The position numbers and the translations under genes were made by a program. A DNA stretch of 43,706 bases from an uncultured Rickettsiales bacterium (GTDB lineage Bacteria > Pseudomonadota > Alphaproteobacteria > Rickettsiales > Midichloriaceae): NCBI GenBank assembly GCA_937996615.1, contig CALKVD010000042.1, forward strand, positions 1-43,706, given 5' to 3'. Positions 9,201 to 18,121 of the stretch are shown here, in pieces. Position 1 is the stretch's first letter, and every line of letters starts with the position of its first letter. The notes beneath the pieces are model-generated. The model saw only the letters and a program-made list of their open reading frames with translations. It did no database searches and was not told where the DNA came from.

Positions 9201-11345
9201 TCAAACATAACTTATGGTTTTTATTTTAGCCTTAGGATGAATTTCATTTTGCGACATCACAACTAGGTTAGGTCTAAAACGTTCAATCACTGATCTAACA
9301 AAATAGCGAAGATGATGTGAAGTCAGAATCACTGGGATATCAGAACTACCAGAAGCTAAATGTGTATCAAAAACTTTGTTTACAGTTGTGACGAATTCAT
9401 TTAGCTTACTCGGTGATAGTGATAAATATTTTTCATCACCCTCACCCATAATACTTTCAGCGAAAGTTTGCTCCCATTGTGGCGATAAAACTATCAAGGG
9501 GATATAGCCCCCTTCGCTCATATAAGCTCTCGAAAGCTGCCTGAACAAGCGTACCCTCACATACTCAACCAAACGAATGACATTGTTAGTTTTAGCTGAT
9601 ATTTCTGAGATGGCTTCTAAGATCGCACCAAGATCACGAATTGCAACCCCTTCCGAAAGCAAGCCTTGCAATACCCTTTGAATGACGACCACTGAAATTT
9701 GTGATGGCACTATTTCATCCATCAAACGACGATGCTCTGGCGATAAATTATCCAACAGATTTTTCACTGCACCATAAGTCAAAAGCTCAGTTATATTTTC
9801 TTTTATTATTTCTGCTAAATGGGTAATAATGACAGTACCAGGCTCAATTACCGTATAACCTTTGAATGTAGCCTCTTCGCGAGCAGAAGAATCAACCCAT
9901 CTAGCTGGTAAACCAAAAGCTGGCTCTGTCGTATCTTCTCCTTCAATAGCAAAGCCATTGTCTACTTGATTCATGATCATTAATTTATTTGGCATAATCT
10001 CACCGCGAGAATACTCAACATCTTTGATTCGAATCACATATTCGCGTGCGTTGATCTCCATATTATCTATGATCCTAACAGAAGGTAGAATAAAACCCAT
10101 CTCTACTGCGATTCTTTTACGCAATGCTTTGATTTGTTCAGTAATTTTGACACTCCCTTCTGATTCTAATAGTATTAATAATTCATAACCCAGTTCTATT
10201 TTAATACTATCTACACGCAACGATTGTATAATAGCTTGATCATTATTGCTATAATCTCCAACCGAGATAGCATCACTTACTTTGTCCTGATTACCTTCAA
10301 CCCCTCCATAATTTGCACCATCTTCTTTTGTTTTGGTTTGTTTTATCTTCCATAACCAATATGCAATACCACCAGCGACAGTCGAAACAATAAAAAATGG
10401 TAGGATCGGTATTCCCGGCATCAGAACTCCCATAACCAATAATAACCCCGCACTAACAATCATAGCGTTTGGGTACTTCCCTAGTTGCTCAAAAATAGCT
10501 TTATCCACTGAACCATGTGTACCTGATTTTGTCACCAACATGCCAGCGCTAACTGAAACCAAAAGCGCAGGAATTTGAGTCACTAAACCATCACCAATAG
10601 TTAAAATAGTATATGTGTGGACCGCCAAACTAAAACTCATATCTTTTTGCACCACACCAATCAAAATTCCACCAACGAAATTGATAAATGTGATCAACAA
10701 TCCTGCCACCGCATCTCCTCGCACAAACTTATTGGCACCATCCATTGCACCATAAAAAGTGCTTTCGTCTTCAAGATTTTTGCGCCTTCTTTGCGCCTCA
10801 TCTTCCTTAATTAATCCAGCAGATAAGTCAGCATCAATCGCCATTTGTTTGCCCGGCATCGCATCTAAACTAAACCTAGCAGCAACCTCAGCAATCCGAC
10901 CTGAACCTTTGGTTATAACGATAAAATTAATGATAGTTAAAATAATAAAAATCACCGCCCCAATAATCACAGATCCTTGGATGACAAAGTAACCAAACGC
11001 TTTCACAACATGCCCCGCCGCCTCTATGCCGGAATCACCATTCGCTAAAATTAAACGTGTCGTCGAAATATTTAATGCAAGACGTAGTATTGTGACAATA
11101 AGTAGTATCGTAGGAAATGAATTAAGATCTAGTGGTTTTTCAATAAATAAAACCGTCATCATAATTAAAACAGCAATTGCAATCGAAATGCATAGAAGAA
11201 AATCCATTAAAATTGGCGGAACTGGAAAAATCAGCAAACCCACCATAGACAGAATACCAACAGCGAATAGTACATCTCGGTATCTGCTGCTGTTGAGTAA
11301 AATCTCTGATACTCCTAAGGCTTTTATTTTTTCATATAAAGTCAT
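9201..11345 (-). CDS. flhA: Flagellar type III export apparatus protein FlhA
   Basis: 714 aa with N-terminal TM domain (FPTILLIVTILRLALNISTTRLIL), FHIPEP-type loop (RFSLDAMPGKQMAIDADL..G) and a cytoplasmic C-domain. Confidence 0.9.
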   Translation of the reverse strand: MTLYEKIKALGVSEILLNSSRYRDVLFAVGILSMVGLLIFPVPPILMDFLLCISIAIAVLIMMTVLFIEKPLDLNSFPTILLIVTILRLALNISTTRLILANGDSGIEAAGHVVKAFGYFVIQGSVIIGAVIFIILTIINFIVITKGSGRIAEVAARFSLDAMPGKQMAIDADLSAGLIKEDEAQRRRKNLEDESTFYGAMDGANKFVRGDAVAGLLITFINFVGGILIGVVQKDMSFSLAVHTYTILTIGDGLVTQIPALLVSVSAGMLVTKSGTHGSVDKAIFEQLGKYPNAMIVSAGLLLVMGVLMPGIPILPFFIVSTVAGGIAYWLWKIKQTKTKEDGANYGGVEGNQDKVSDAISVGDYSNNDQAIIQSLRVDSIKIELGYELLILLESEGSVKITEQIKALRKRIAVEMGFILPSVRIIDNMEINAREYVIRIKDVEYSRGEIMPNKLMIMNQVDNGFAIEGEDTTEPAFGLPARWVDSSAREEATFKGYTVIEPGTVIITHLAEIIKENITELLTYGAVKNLLDNLSPEHRRLMDEIVPSQISVVVIQRVLQGLLSEGVAIRDLGAILEAISEISAKTNNVIRLVEYVRVRLFRQLSRAYMSEGGYIPLIVLSPQWEQTFAESIMGEGDEKYLSLSPSKLNEFVTTVNKVFDTHLASGSSDIPVILTSHHLRYFVRSVIERFRPNLVVMSQNEIHPKAKIKTISYV

Positions 11346-11738
11346 CGCATATGATATTTAACGGAACTTGAGTTTTTTCGAAGATTTTGATTATACACTT
11401 TACCATAAACTGAAATATCACTTGAATATAATACTATTGACAACAGTAAATCAAGTATGATCAAGATTCAATATATTAAATGATAAATTAATATTATCAT
11501 AATAGCTAATGGCAAAATATACCCAGGTCTTTTATAGCCTATGATTACATGGGCATATTCGATTGCTATATAAAAGTTGGCTAGTTTTTAATTATATAAA
11601 TCCTAGTTCAAGAAGGTTTAGTGTAAATCACATAAGCTCAAAAATACTAATTGTGAATACTAAAAACAACGAATTATATCATTTACTGATATAATACCTA
11701 TCCTTCTTTTCTATGAGCAATTTACTAATGATCAAAAT

Positions 11739-12605
11739 TTAGCGTGCAGCAGCAGCGCTTGAGTTTGAAGATAGCACAGCTACATTATCGTTAGGCACAA
11801 CATCTTTTTTATTATGTGTAGCAAGTATTTCTTTTGTTAATTCTCTATCAATGACACTGGAAATTTGAGCCATTACCAAATCTCTACCTTTCATTCCATC
11901 AACCTCAACATACCTATATTGACTATGGTTTTTAAAGTAAGCAATAATCGGTTTGTTATTACGTTCATACACTCTAATTCTAGAACGCAAAACTGCTACA
12001 TTATCATCATCACGTACTACTTCAGAACCATTACAATATTTACAACCAGAGTGGGTTTGTTTAACTTTGCCAGTATTGCACATAGAAGCGCAGAATACTC
12101 TAGTATTCATTCTTTTAACTAATGCTTTTTCTGAACCTGTGATATTTATCATGATATTGTGCCCAGGGGTTTTTTGAAAAAGCCAATCGATATATTTTGC
12201 TTCGTTTATTTCACGCGGAGATCCGTCTAGAATAAAACCTTTTTTGCAATCTGGTTGAGATATACGGACAGCGATCAGTTGTTTTATAATGTTTGTATCA
12301 GCTAAACGCCCAGCTTTAACATCTGCTTCAACCTTTTTCCCTACTTCTGTACCTCTAGTAATTTGATCTCTTAGCAATTCTCCGACAGAGATAGTAGGCA
12401 AAGAATATTTTTTAGAAATAGCAATTGCCGCCGTTCCTTTTCCAACAGCTGGAGGACCTACCATAATCACCCTAAGCTGTTTATCAGACTGAGCTTCGCT
12501 ATTTTTATTATGTTTTGTACAACCAGATAAAAGAATCAAGGTACAACTTAATGTTGTTATAATAAACAGACATAAAAATTTTAATGAAGTAAAGTATTGT
12601 TGCAT
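11739..12605 (-). CDS. adk: Adenylate kinase paralog with a predicted N-terminal lipoprotein signal peptide and a Cys4 LID
   Basis: Core Adk motifs are present: GPPAVGKGT (P-loop), ISVGELLR, GFILDGSPR, and LID C-x3-C...C-x2-C followed by RDDDN. The N-terminus is MQQYFTSLK + FLCLFIITTLSCTLILL + lipobox LSGC (Cys29) + a polar linker. An alternative GTG start at codon 46 would remove the signal peptide. Confidence 0.7.
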   Translation of the reverse strand: MQQYFTSLKFLCLFIITTLSCTLILLSGCTKHNKNSEAQSDKQLRVIMVGPPAVGKGTAAIAISKKYSLPTISVGELLRDQITRGTEVGKKVEADVKAGRLADTNIIKQLIAVRISQPDCKKGFILDGSPREINEAKYIDWLFQKTPGHNIMINITGSEKALVKRMNTRVFCASMCNTGKVKQTHSGCKYCNGSEVVRDDDNVAVLRSRIRVYERNNKPIIAYFKNHSQYRYVEVDGMKGRDLVMAQISSVIDRELTKEILATHNKKDVVPNDNVAVLSSNSSAAAAR

Positions 12606-12851
12606 AAATTTTGAAGATTATTAAAAAACCACCGTGCCGCAGTCTAATACATAAGATTTGCTGTGTCAAGTGAAAATATTAATTTTGGATTAAAAATTTT
12701 GTTAATTGCTTCTTAATAGGTTAATAACATTTAATTTATATGGCTATCATTTGGCTATTAACAACAAAATTGTCTTGATCAAAACAATAGATAAATTATA
12801 ACTCTTCCACTATTTATTAAATAGAGCAGGACTTTTAACTATATATGCCTG

Positions 12852-13583
12852 CTATATATCATTATCTTTATGTTTAGTGGTGAAATATGAGCTTATTGGT
12901 ATAACCTTAACATCATCGTAGCTAGTAAGATCATATTCTGCAGCTTCATTATCGTCAGTAGCTTTATCCAACTCATCGAGCTTCATTTCTGGTTTATTTT
13001 CTAATGTTTTTTCTTTAGTAATAATATCAAGAGCATTCTGAAACCCTGTTTCATGATTCTTGCCTTTGACGGTATTGTGAAAAACTGCTTCCCATCCTAC
13101 AGCTTCAGCAGAAAGACTATTCATATCGCTTTTATATTTATTATTAAATTCCAAGTCGGGTAAATCAAAATATCCTTTTTCTTTGAATAATGATATTGAA
13201 TTATGGTTATTATGAACAAAATTCAAACAAAAATTAACACTAGGGTCGGCAAAACTAGTTATTGCTTTGAAAGGTATAACCAATTTTTCCATGACTCCAC
13301 CAAAACTCAAACTAACCTCAAATTTTTCTAGATGTACTTTTAATACAGAAAACTGGTGCTGCAATACTATAGTCATTTCTTCAGGAAATTTATGAGCCAA
13401 ATATTTCGAAATCAATATCCCCGGATAGTCAGTCAAAAATGATATGTAAAAATGGTGCTTACCAGGCATATTATGAAACGTAACGATTTGCAAAGCTTGA
13501 CGAACTACAGAAAGACCAGCAGTATCCATTAAAGACTGGTAATCGATCATATCGTGCGAATTTGTATTATTATTTTTAGACAT
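12852..13583 (-). CDS. sspB: SspB-like ClpXP adaptor (alphaproteobacterial type) with a long acidic C-terminal tail
   Basis: HHFYISFLTDYPGILISKYLAHKFPEEMTIVLQHQFSVLKVHLEKFEVSLSFGGVMEKLVIPFKAITSFADPSVNF matches the SspB fold region as I remember it from Caulobacter-type SspB. Confidence 0.6.
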   Translation of the reverse strand: MSKNNNTNSHDMIDYQSLMDTAGLSVVRQALQIVTFHNMPGKHHFYISFLTDYPGILISKYLAHKFPEEMTIVLQHQFSVLKVHLEKFEVSLSFGGVMEKLVIPFKAITSFADPSVNFCLNFVHNNHNSISLFKEKGYFDLPDLEFNNKYKSDMNSLSAEAVGWEAVFHNTVKGKNHETGFQNALDIITKEKTLENKPEMKLDELDKATDDNEAAEYDLTSYDDVKVIPISSYFTTKHKDNDI

Positions 13584-13692
13584 AGCATTGTTTAATAATT
13601 CTTACTATGGATAATGATTATATATCACTCATCACGAATGAACAATATAAGTCTTGCATAAAAAAAGAAATATTTATTTTTTATTAATGTTT

Positions 13693-14631
13693 CTATTTAA
13701 CAAACTGTATTAATGATAAAGCTGCAATAAAGGCAGTTTCAGCTCGCAAAACCAACTCTCCCAAACTAACGATACAGCTTTTACTGACTGAATTAGACTC
13801 AAAAGAAAATTTCATCATCTCATCTCTCTCTTCCTGACTAAATCCACCTTCAGGGCCAATAAAAATATAATATGATATTTGCTTAAATTCTAAAATTGAC
13901 TCTGCTATTTTATTTTTGGCACTATCAATCCACTGAAATAAATTTTGAACCGAAATTGCTTCAGGTGAGTCTGTGTCAAAAAATAATACTATTTTCGACC
14001 TTTCTGTTTTCTTTAACTCTGCTATTATTTGAGTGTAGGTTTGAAACTTAGCTGCAACAATTGGAAGAGTAAGTCTCTCAGATTGTTCAGCAGCTTCTAT
14101 TGCCGAAATCTTTAATTTTTCATGATTCACTGATTTAATAACAGTGCGCTGTGTTTGAATTGGGATGATTTGATCAACACCTAGCTCTGTAGCTTTTTGC
14201 ACCACAAAACTGGGACTATAGGCTTTGAATGGCGCAAAAACAAGGTAAGTTTTTTTGCTAGAAGCCGGAGGCATAGCCTTAATCTTATCCCTCAGAATGA
14301 GATTATATTTTTGCTTTTTTTTATTTAATTTATTGGTTTTGGAGTAAATCAATTTGTTTGTATTTGAATTTTCTAATCTGGCATCTATTGATGTTTTTGT
14401 TTGGCTTTTTATTAATGAACCTGGTTCTAGTTTCGCCCCTGCTATGTGACCATCGACAAAAGTTGATATAATCGCTAGCCATTCTCCATCAATCCCATTA
14501 AACACTCTTATCGTATCACCATCACGAGATCGCATTACATTAAATAAATAGTGATGTTGCTGATCTGTTAAATCAATAACTTGGGAAGAAATTTCCAAAC
14601 TCTGTTCTATATATAATCTAATATTTGCCAT
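13693..14631 (-). CDS. rsmE: 16S rRNA (uracil1498-N3)-methyltransferase RsmE with a Lys/Asn-rich internal insertion
   Basis: N-terminal PUA-like part (RLYIEQSL..LTDQQHHYLFNVMRSRDGDTIRVFNGIDGEW) and C-terminal SPOUT part (IFIGPEGGFSQEE..LGELVLRAETA). Confidence 0.75.
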   Translation of the reverse strand: MANIRLYIEQSLEISSQVIDLTDQQHHYLFNVMRSRDGDTIRVFNGIDGEWLAIISTFVDGHIAGAKLEPGSLIKSQTKTSIDARLENSNTNKLIYSKTNKLNKKKQKYNLILRDKIKAMPPASSKKTYLVFAPFKAYSPSFVVQKATELGVDQIIPIQTQRTVIKSVNHEKLKISAIEAAEQSERLTLPIVAAKFQTYTQIIAELKKTERSKIVLFFDTDSPEAISVQNLFQWIDSAKNKIAESILEFKQISYYIFIGPEGGFSQEERDEMMKFSFESNSVSKSCIVSLGELVLRAETAFIAALSLIQFVK

Positions 14632-14685
14632 AACAACTTATCTTTCTCTGTTTTAGTGCCGCACCGCAGCAAATAGTTTTTTTAA

Positions 14686-15831
14686 TTATTCAGGAATATT
14701 AAAAACACTATTGACTCTGATTTGTTGTTTATTATTTGAATTAATGCCGATTAGCTGATTCTTGCCAAAATCAATAGATTGTTTTTTGAGATTTTTAGTT
14801 GGCAACCTTTTCTTAGATACTATAGTTTTGATTTTTTCTTTAGATATACGAACCAATTTATTGCTTTGAGTTTGTCTTTTAATCTTTGTAATCTGCTTTC
14901 GCAACATGCCAACAGGAATTTTATGAGCTTCAGCTCGACTCACTTCTCCAGCCTCATATATACTTTTATGATTTTTCAAACTTAAAAGCTTTTGATATCC
15001 AGCATCTATTATTCTAATGACATGCAAATCTCTTTCGGCTGCTGTTCTACCACCCATTACCACTGCAATCATTTTTCCTTTAGGCTTATTAACTGAGGTT
15101 ACAATATTGAAACCTGAAGCTCCTATATAACCAGTTTTAATACCATCAGTACCTCGATATTTTTTGAGAATTTTGTTATGCCCTCTGATAATTTTTCCAC
15201 GAAATTTAAATGAATCAGTTGCAAACATTTTATAGTATTTGGGATGATGACGCTGCAACGCCATTCCTAAACGAGCCATATCATAAGCAGTGGTAAATTG
15301 CTCCTGATTTGGTAATCCGTGGGGATTAGCAAATTTAGTGTGATGCAACTCTAACTCAGCTGCTGTTTGGTTCATCATATCGATAAAGTTGTCAACATTT
15401 CCGTTACCCAATTTATTTGCTAAAGCATAGCTAACGTTATTAGCTGATTTTACAATCAGAGCATAAATCGCTTCTTTGACTGTGATATATGTACCAGGAA
15501 CAACTGGTAAATTAGAGGGCTCCATTCTATTAGCTTCAGCAGAAATATATATTTTGGTATTCATATCCATTGCTTTGCTTTGCAACTTATCAAAAAGTAT
15601 ATAAAGCGTCATCATTTTAGTTAAAGAAGCTGGATATCTTTTTGCTTTTGATTCGTGATGATGCAAAATCGTTCCGGTTTCGGAATCTATAACTAAAGAA
15701 GCATAATTAGGTGAAGGCAAAGGGGCAGTTGCATATCCAAAACTAATCAAACAAAAAAAACTTATGGCATAAACTAAAAATACTTTGACCAGTTTGATGA
15801 AATTCGAGTTTGAATAATCGTATGGTTGCAT
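14686..15831 (-). CDS. D-alanyl-D-alanine carboxypeptidase (PBP5/6 class, S11) with a signal peptide and a Lys-rich C-terminal extension
   Basis: Catalytic motifs SLTKMMT (SxxK), SANN (SxN) and KTGY (KTG), plus an N-terminal hydrophobic signal sequence. Confidence 0.8.
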   Translation of the reverse strand: MQPYDYSNSNFIKLVKVFLVYAISFFCLISFGYATAPLPSPNYASLVIDSETGTILHHHESKAKRYPASLTKMMTLYILFDKLQSKAMDMNTKIYISAEANRMEPSNLPVVPGTYITVKEAIYALIVKSANNVSYALANKLGNGNVDNFIDMMNQTAAELELHHTKFANPHGLPNQEQFTTAYDMARLGMALQRHHPKYYKMFATDSFKFRGKIIRGHNKILKKYRGTDGIKTGYIGASGFNIVTSVNKPKGKMIAVVMGGRTAAERDLHVIRIIDAGYQKLLSLKNHKSIYEAGEVSRAEAHKIPVGMLRKQITKIKRQTQSNKLVRISKEKIKTIVSKKRLPTKNLKKQSIDFGKNQLIGINSNNKQQIRVNSVFNIPE

Positions 15832-15999
15832 AGCCAGCTATGGTTTTTATTTTATGACTTTGGTTGCACTACCACTAATGCTATACTGTCTTAATTATCT
15901 GTGTCAATAGCTTTGAATAAATATTTTGTATCTTTCATAAATCAAAATATCTATAGTAATTTAATAATTTGCATATCAATAATTAATTAAACTTCTTCA

Positions 16000-17970
16000 G
16001 TGCAACAAAATAGCTTTTACCTTGAATCTCAATTCAAATTATCAGGTGATCAGCCGCAAGCTGTTGACTTTATAACTAAAAATTTTATTGCCAATGTCAA
16101 AAATCAAGTTCTATTAGGTGTAACAGGTTCTGGCAAAACTTTTAGCATGGCGAATGTTATTAAAGCATTATCGCGCCCAACTCTAATAATCGCACCTAAC
16201 AAAACCCTAGCCGCACAACTATATGGCGAAATGAAAGCCTTTTTTCCTCGGAATGCTGTTGAATATTTTGTATCATACTACGACTATTATCAACCAGAAG
16301 CATATGTTCCAAAAACTGGAACATATATCGAGAAGCAAGCAACAATAAACGACCAAATCGACCGAATGCGCCATTCTGCAACCAGAGCTTTGTTTGAACG
16401 CCAAGATGTTATTATTGTTGCAAGTGTTTCTTGTATCTATGGTTTGGGATCGGTTGAATCTTATGCTGGAATGGTTCTAAATCTCGAAGTTGGCCAGAAC
16501 ATATCAAGAAAAGACTTGGCGTTCAAATTAACTGAGCTTCTTTATAAACGAAATGATATTGATTTCAAACGAGGAACATTTAGGGTCAAGGGAGATAATC
16601 TCCAAATCTTTCCTTCGCACTATGAAAACATAGCTTGGAATATTTCAATGTTTGGCGATGAGATAGAAGAAATTAATGAAATAGATTCGCTAACAGGACA
16701 AAAAATTCAGTCTCTCGAAAAAGTCAAAATTTATGCCAACAGCCACTACATAACTCCTGGCCCAACTTTAAAACAAGCAATAAAAAATATTGAAAAAGAA
16801 CTGAACCATCGTTTAACAGAACTGAAAGCAGAAGATAAAATTGTCGAGGCTGATCGTTTATTAAAGCGGGTTACTTTTGATATGGAAATGCTAGACGCAA
16901 CCGGAGTATGTTCTGGAATTGAAAACTATTCTCGCTATCTTTCAGGCCGAGAGGCAGGGGCGCCACCGCCAACTTTATTCGAATATATGCCACAGGATAG
17001 TTTGCTTATTGTTGACGAAAGCCATGTTGCAGTTCCGCAATTGGGTAGTATGTATATCGGTGATTCGGTCCGCAAAAAGGTGCTGTATGAACACGGATTC
17101 AGGTTGCCTTCTTGCGCCGATAATCGACCGTTAAAATTTGAGGAATGGGATAAAATTAGACCCAACACTCTTTTTGTTTCTGCGACTCCAGGGAAATGGG
17201 AAATGGAACAAGCAGAGGATAAAGTTGTAGAACAATTAATTAGGCCGACTGGTTTATTGGATCCAATCTGCGTTGTCAGACCAACCGACAATCAAGTCGA
17301 TGATTTAATCGCTGAATGCCAACATGTTATTACAGTATTACAATCTCGGGTTTTGGTTACAACTTTAACTAAAAAAATGGCTGAAGCTTTGGCAGAATAT
17401 CTATACGAAGCTGGAATCAAGGCAAAATATATGCATTCAGATATAGATACGCTAGAGCGAATTTCAATTATCCAAGATTTGCGAGCCGGTAATTTTGATG
17501 TTCTGATTGGAATCAACTTACTTAGAGAAGGTCTGGATATACCAGAATGTGCAGTCGTTGCAATTTTAGACGCTGATAAAGAAGGTTTTTTGCGTTCTAA
17601 AACTTCTTTAATCCAAACGATTGGTAGGTGTGCGAGACATATTGAAGGTAAGGCGATTTTATATGGGGATAAAATTACATCAGCGATGAAAGCAGCGATG
17701 AAAGAAACTAAATATCGTCGCAAAAAACAACAGGAATATAACACTAAAAATGGCATAGTACCAACAGGAATCCAAAAAGATCTGCGGCAAATACTACCAG
17801 TCGAAATTGTAGAAAAACAACCAGAAGAGATACAGAATATTATGAACAAAACCGCTAAAGAAAGAGCAAAAATCATGTTGCAACTGGAAAAAGAAATGCT
17901 GGCGGCAGCGGAAGTTTTAGATTTTGAAAAAGCTGCTCAGCTCAGAGATCTCTTAAACAAAATTCGTTAG
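16000..17970 (+). CDS. uvrB: Excinuclease ABC subunit B
   Basis: GVTGSGKTF Walker A, YYDYYQPEAY beta-hairpin region, DESH box, helicase C motifs and a C-terminal UVR domain (FEKAAQLRD). GTG start. Confidence 0.95.
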   Translation: MQQNSFYLESQFKLSGDQPQAVDFITKNFIANVKNQVLLGVTGSGKTFSMANVIKALSRPTLIIAPNKTLAAQLYGEMKAFFPRNAVEYFVSYYDYYQPEAYVPKTGTYIEKQATINDQIDRMRHSATRALFERQDVIIVASVSCIYGLGSVESYAGMVLNLEVGQNISRKDLAFKLTELLYKRNDIDFKRGTFRVKGDNLQIFPSHYENIAWNISMFGDEIEEINEIDSLTGQKIQSLEKVKIYANSHYITPGPTLKQAIKNIEKELNHRLTELKAEDKIVEADRLLKRVTFDMEMLDATGVCSGIENYSRYLSGREAGAPPPTLFEYMPQDSLLIVDESHVAVPQLGSMYIGDSVRKKVLYEHGFRLPSCADNRPLKFEEWDKIRPNTLFVSATPGKWEMEQAEDKVVEQLIRPTGLLDPICVVRPTDNQVDDLIAECQHVITVLQSRVLVTTLTKKMAEALAEYLYEAGIKAKYMHSDIDTLERISIIQDLRAGNFDVLIGINLLREGLDIPECAVVAILDADKEGFLRSKTSLIQTIGRCARHIEGKAILYGDKITSAMKAAMKETKYRRKKQQEYNTKNGIVPTGIQKDLRQILPVEIVEKQPEEIQNIMNKTAKERAKIMLQLEKEMLAAAEVLDFEKAAQLRDLLNKIR

Positions 17971-18070
17971 TGGTTTAAAATATCATAGAAATTTTATAGT
18001 CAAATACGTTATAAAAAAAGGTATGGCAAAAACTCCCATATCTAGATAAATCCTAGGAAGAACATACCAA

Positions 18071-18094
18071 TTTTATACCAATTCAGCTATAAAA
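18071..18094. repeat. Copy of a conserved ~24-nt gene-end motif (+ strand TTTTATACCAATTCAGCTATAAAA)
   Basis: 22 of 24 nt are identical to 32000-32023. Related copies lie at 3114-3138 (same orientation) and 3028-3049 (opposite orientation). The outer arms TTTTATA/TATAAAA are self-complementary. Confidence 0.55.
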
Positions 18095-18121
18095 CTTTAG
18101 TGGGTGAGTTATGATAAAATA

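Noticed and set aside
11511-11526. Sigma-54-like sequence upstream of flhA (minus strand CTGGGTATATTTTGCC).
   Set aside because: The GG-to-GC spacing is one nucleotide short of the strict TGGCAC-N5-TTGC geometry, and the -24 element is poor. I found no sigma-28 (TAAA-N15-GCCGATAA) match either.
11719-11728. Extra occurrences of MITE-end-like 8-mers (ATTTACTA near 11719; TAGTAAAA near 19664).
   Set aside because: AT-rich 8-mers are expected several times by chance in a window of this size and composition, and there is no extended similarity to the element.
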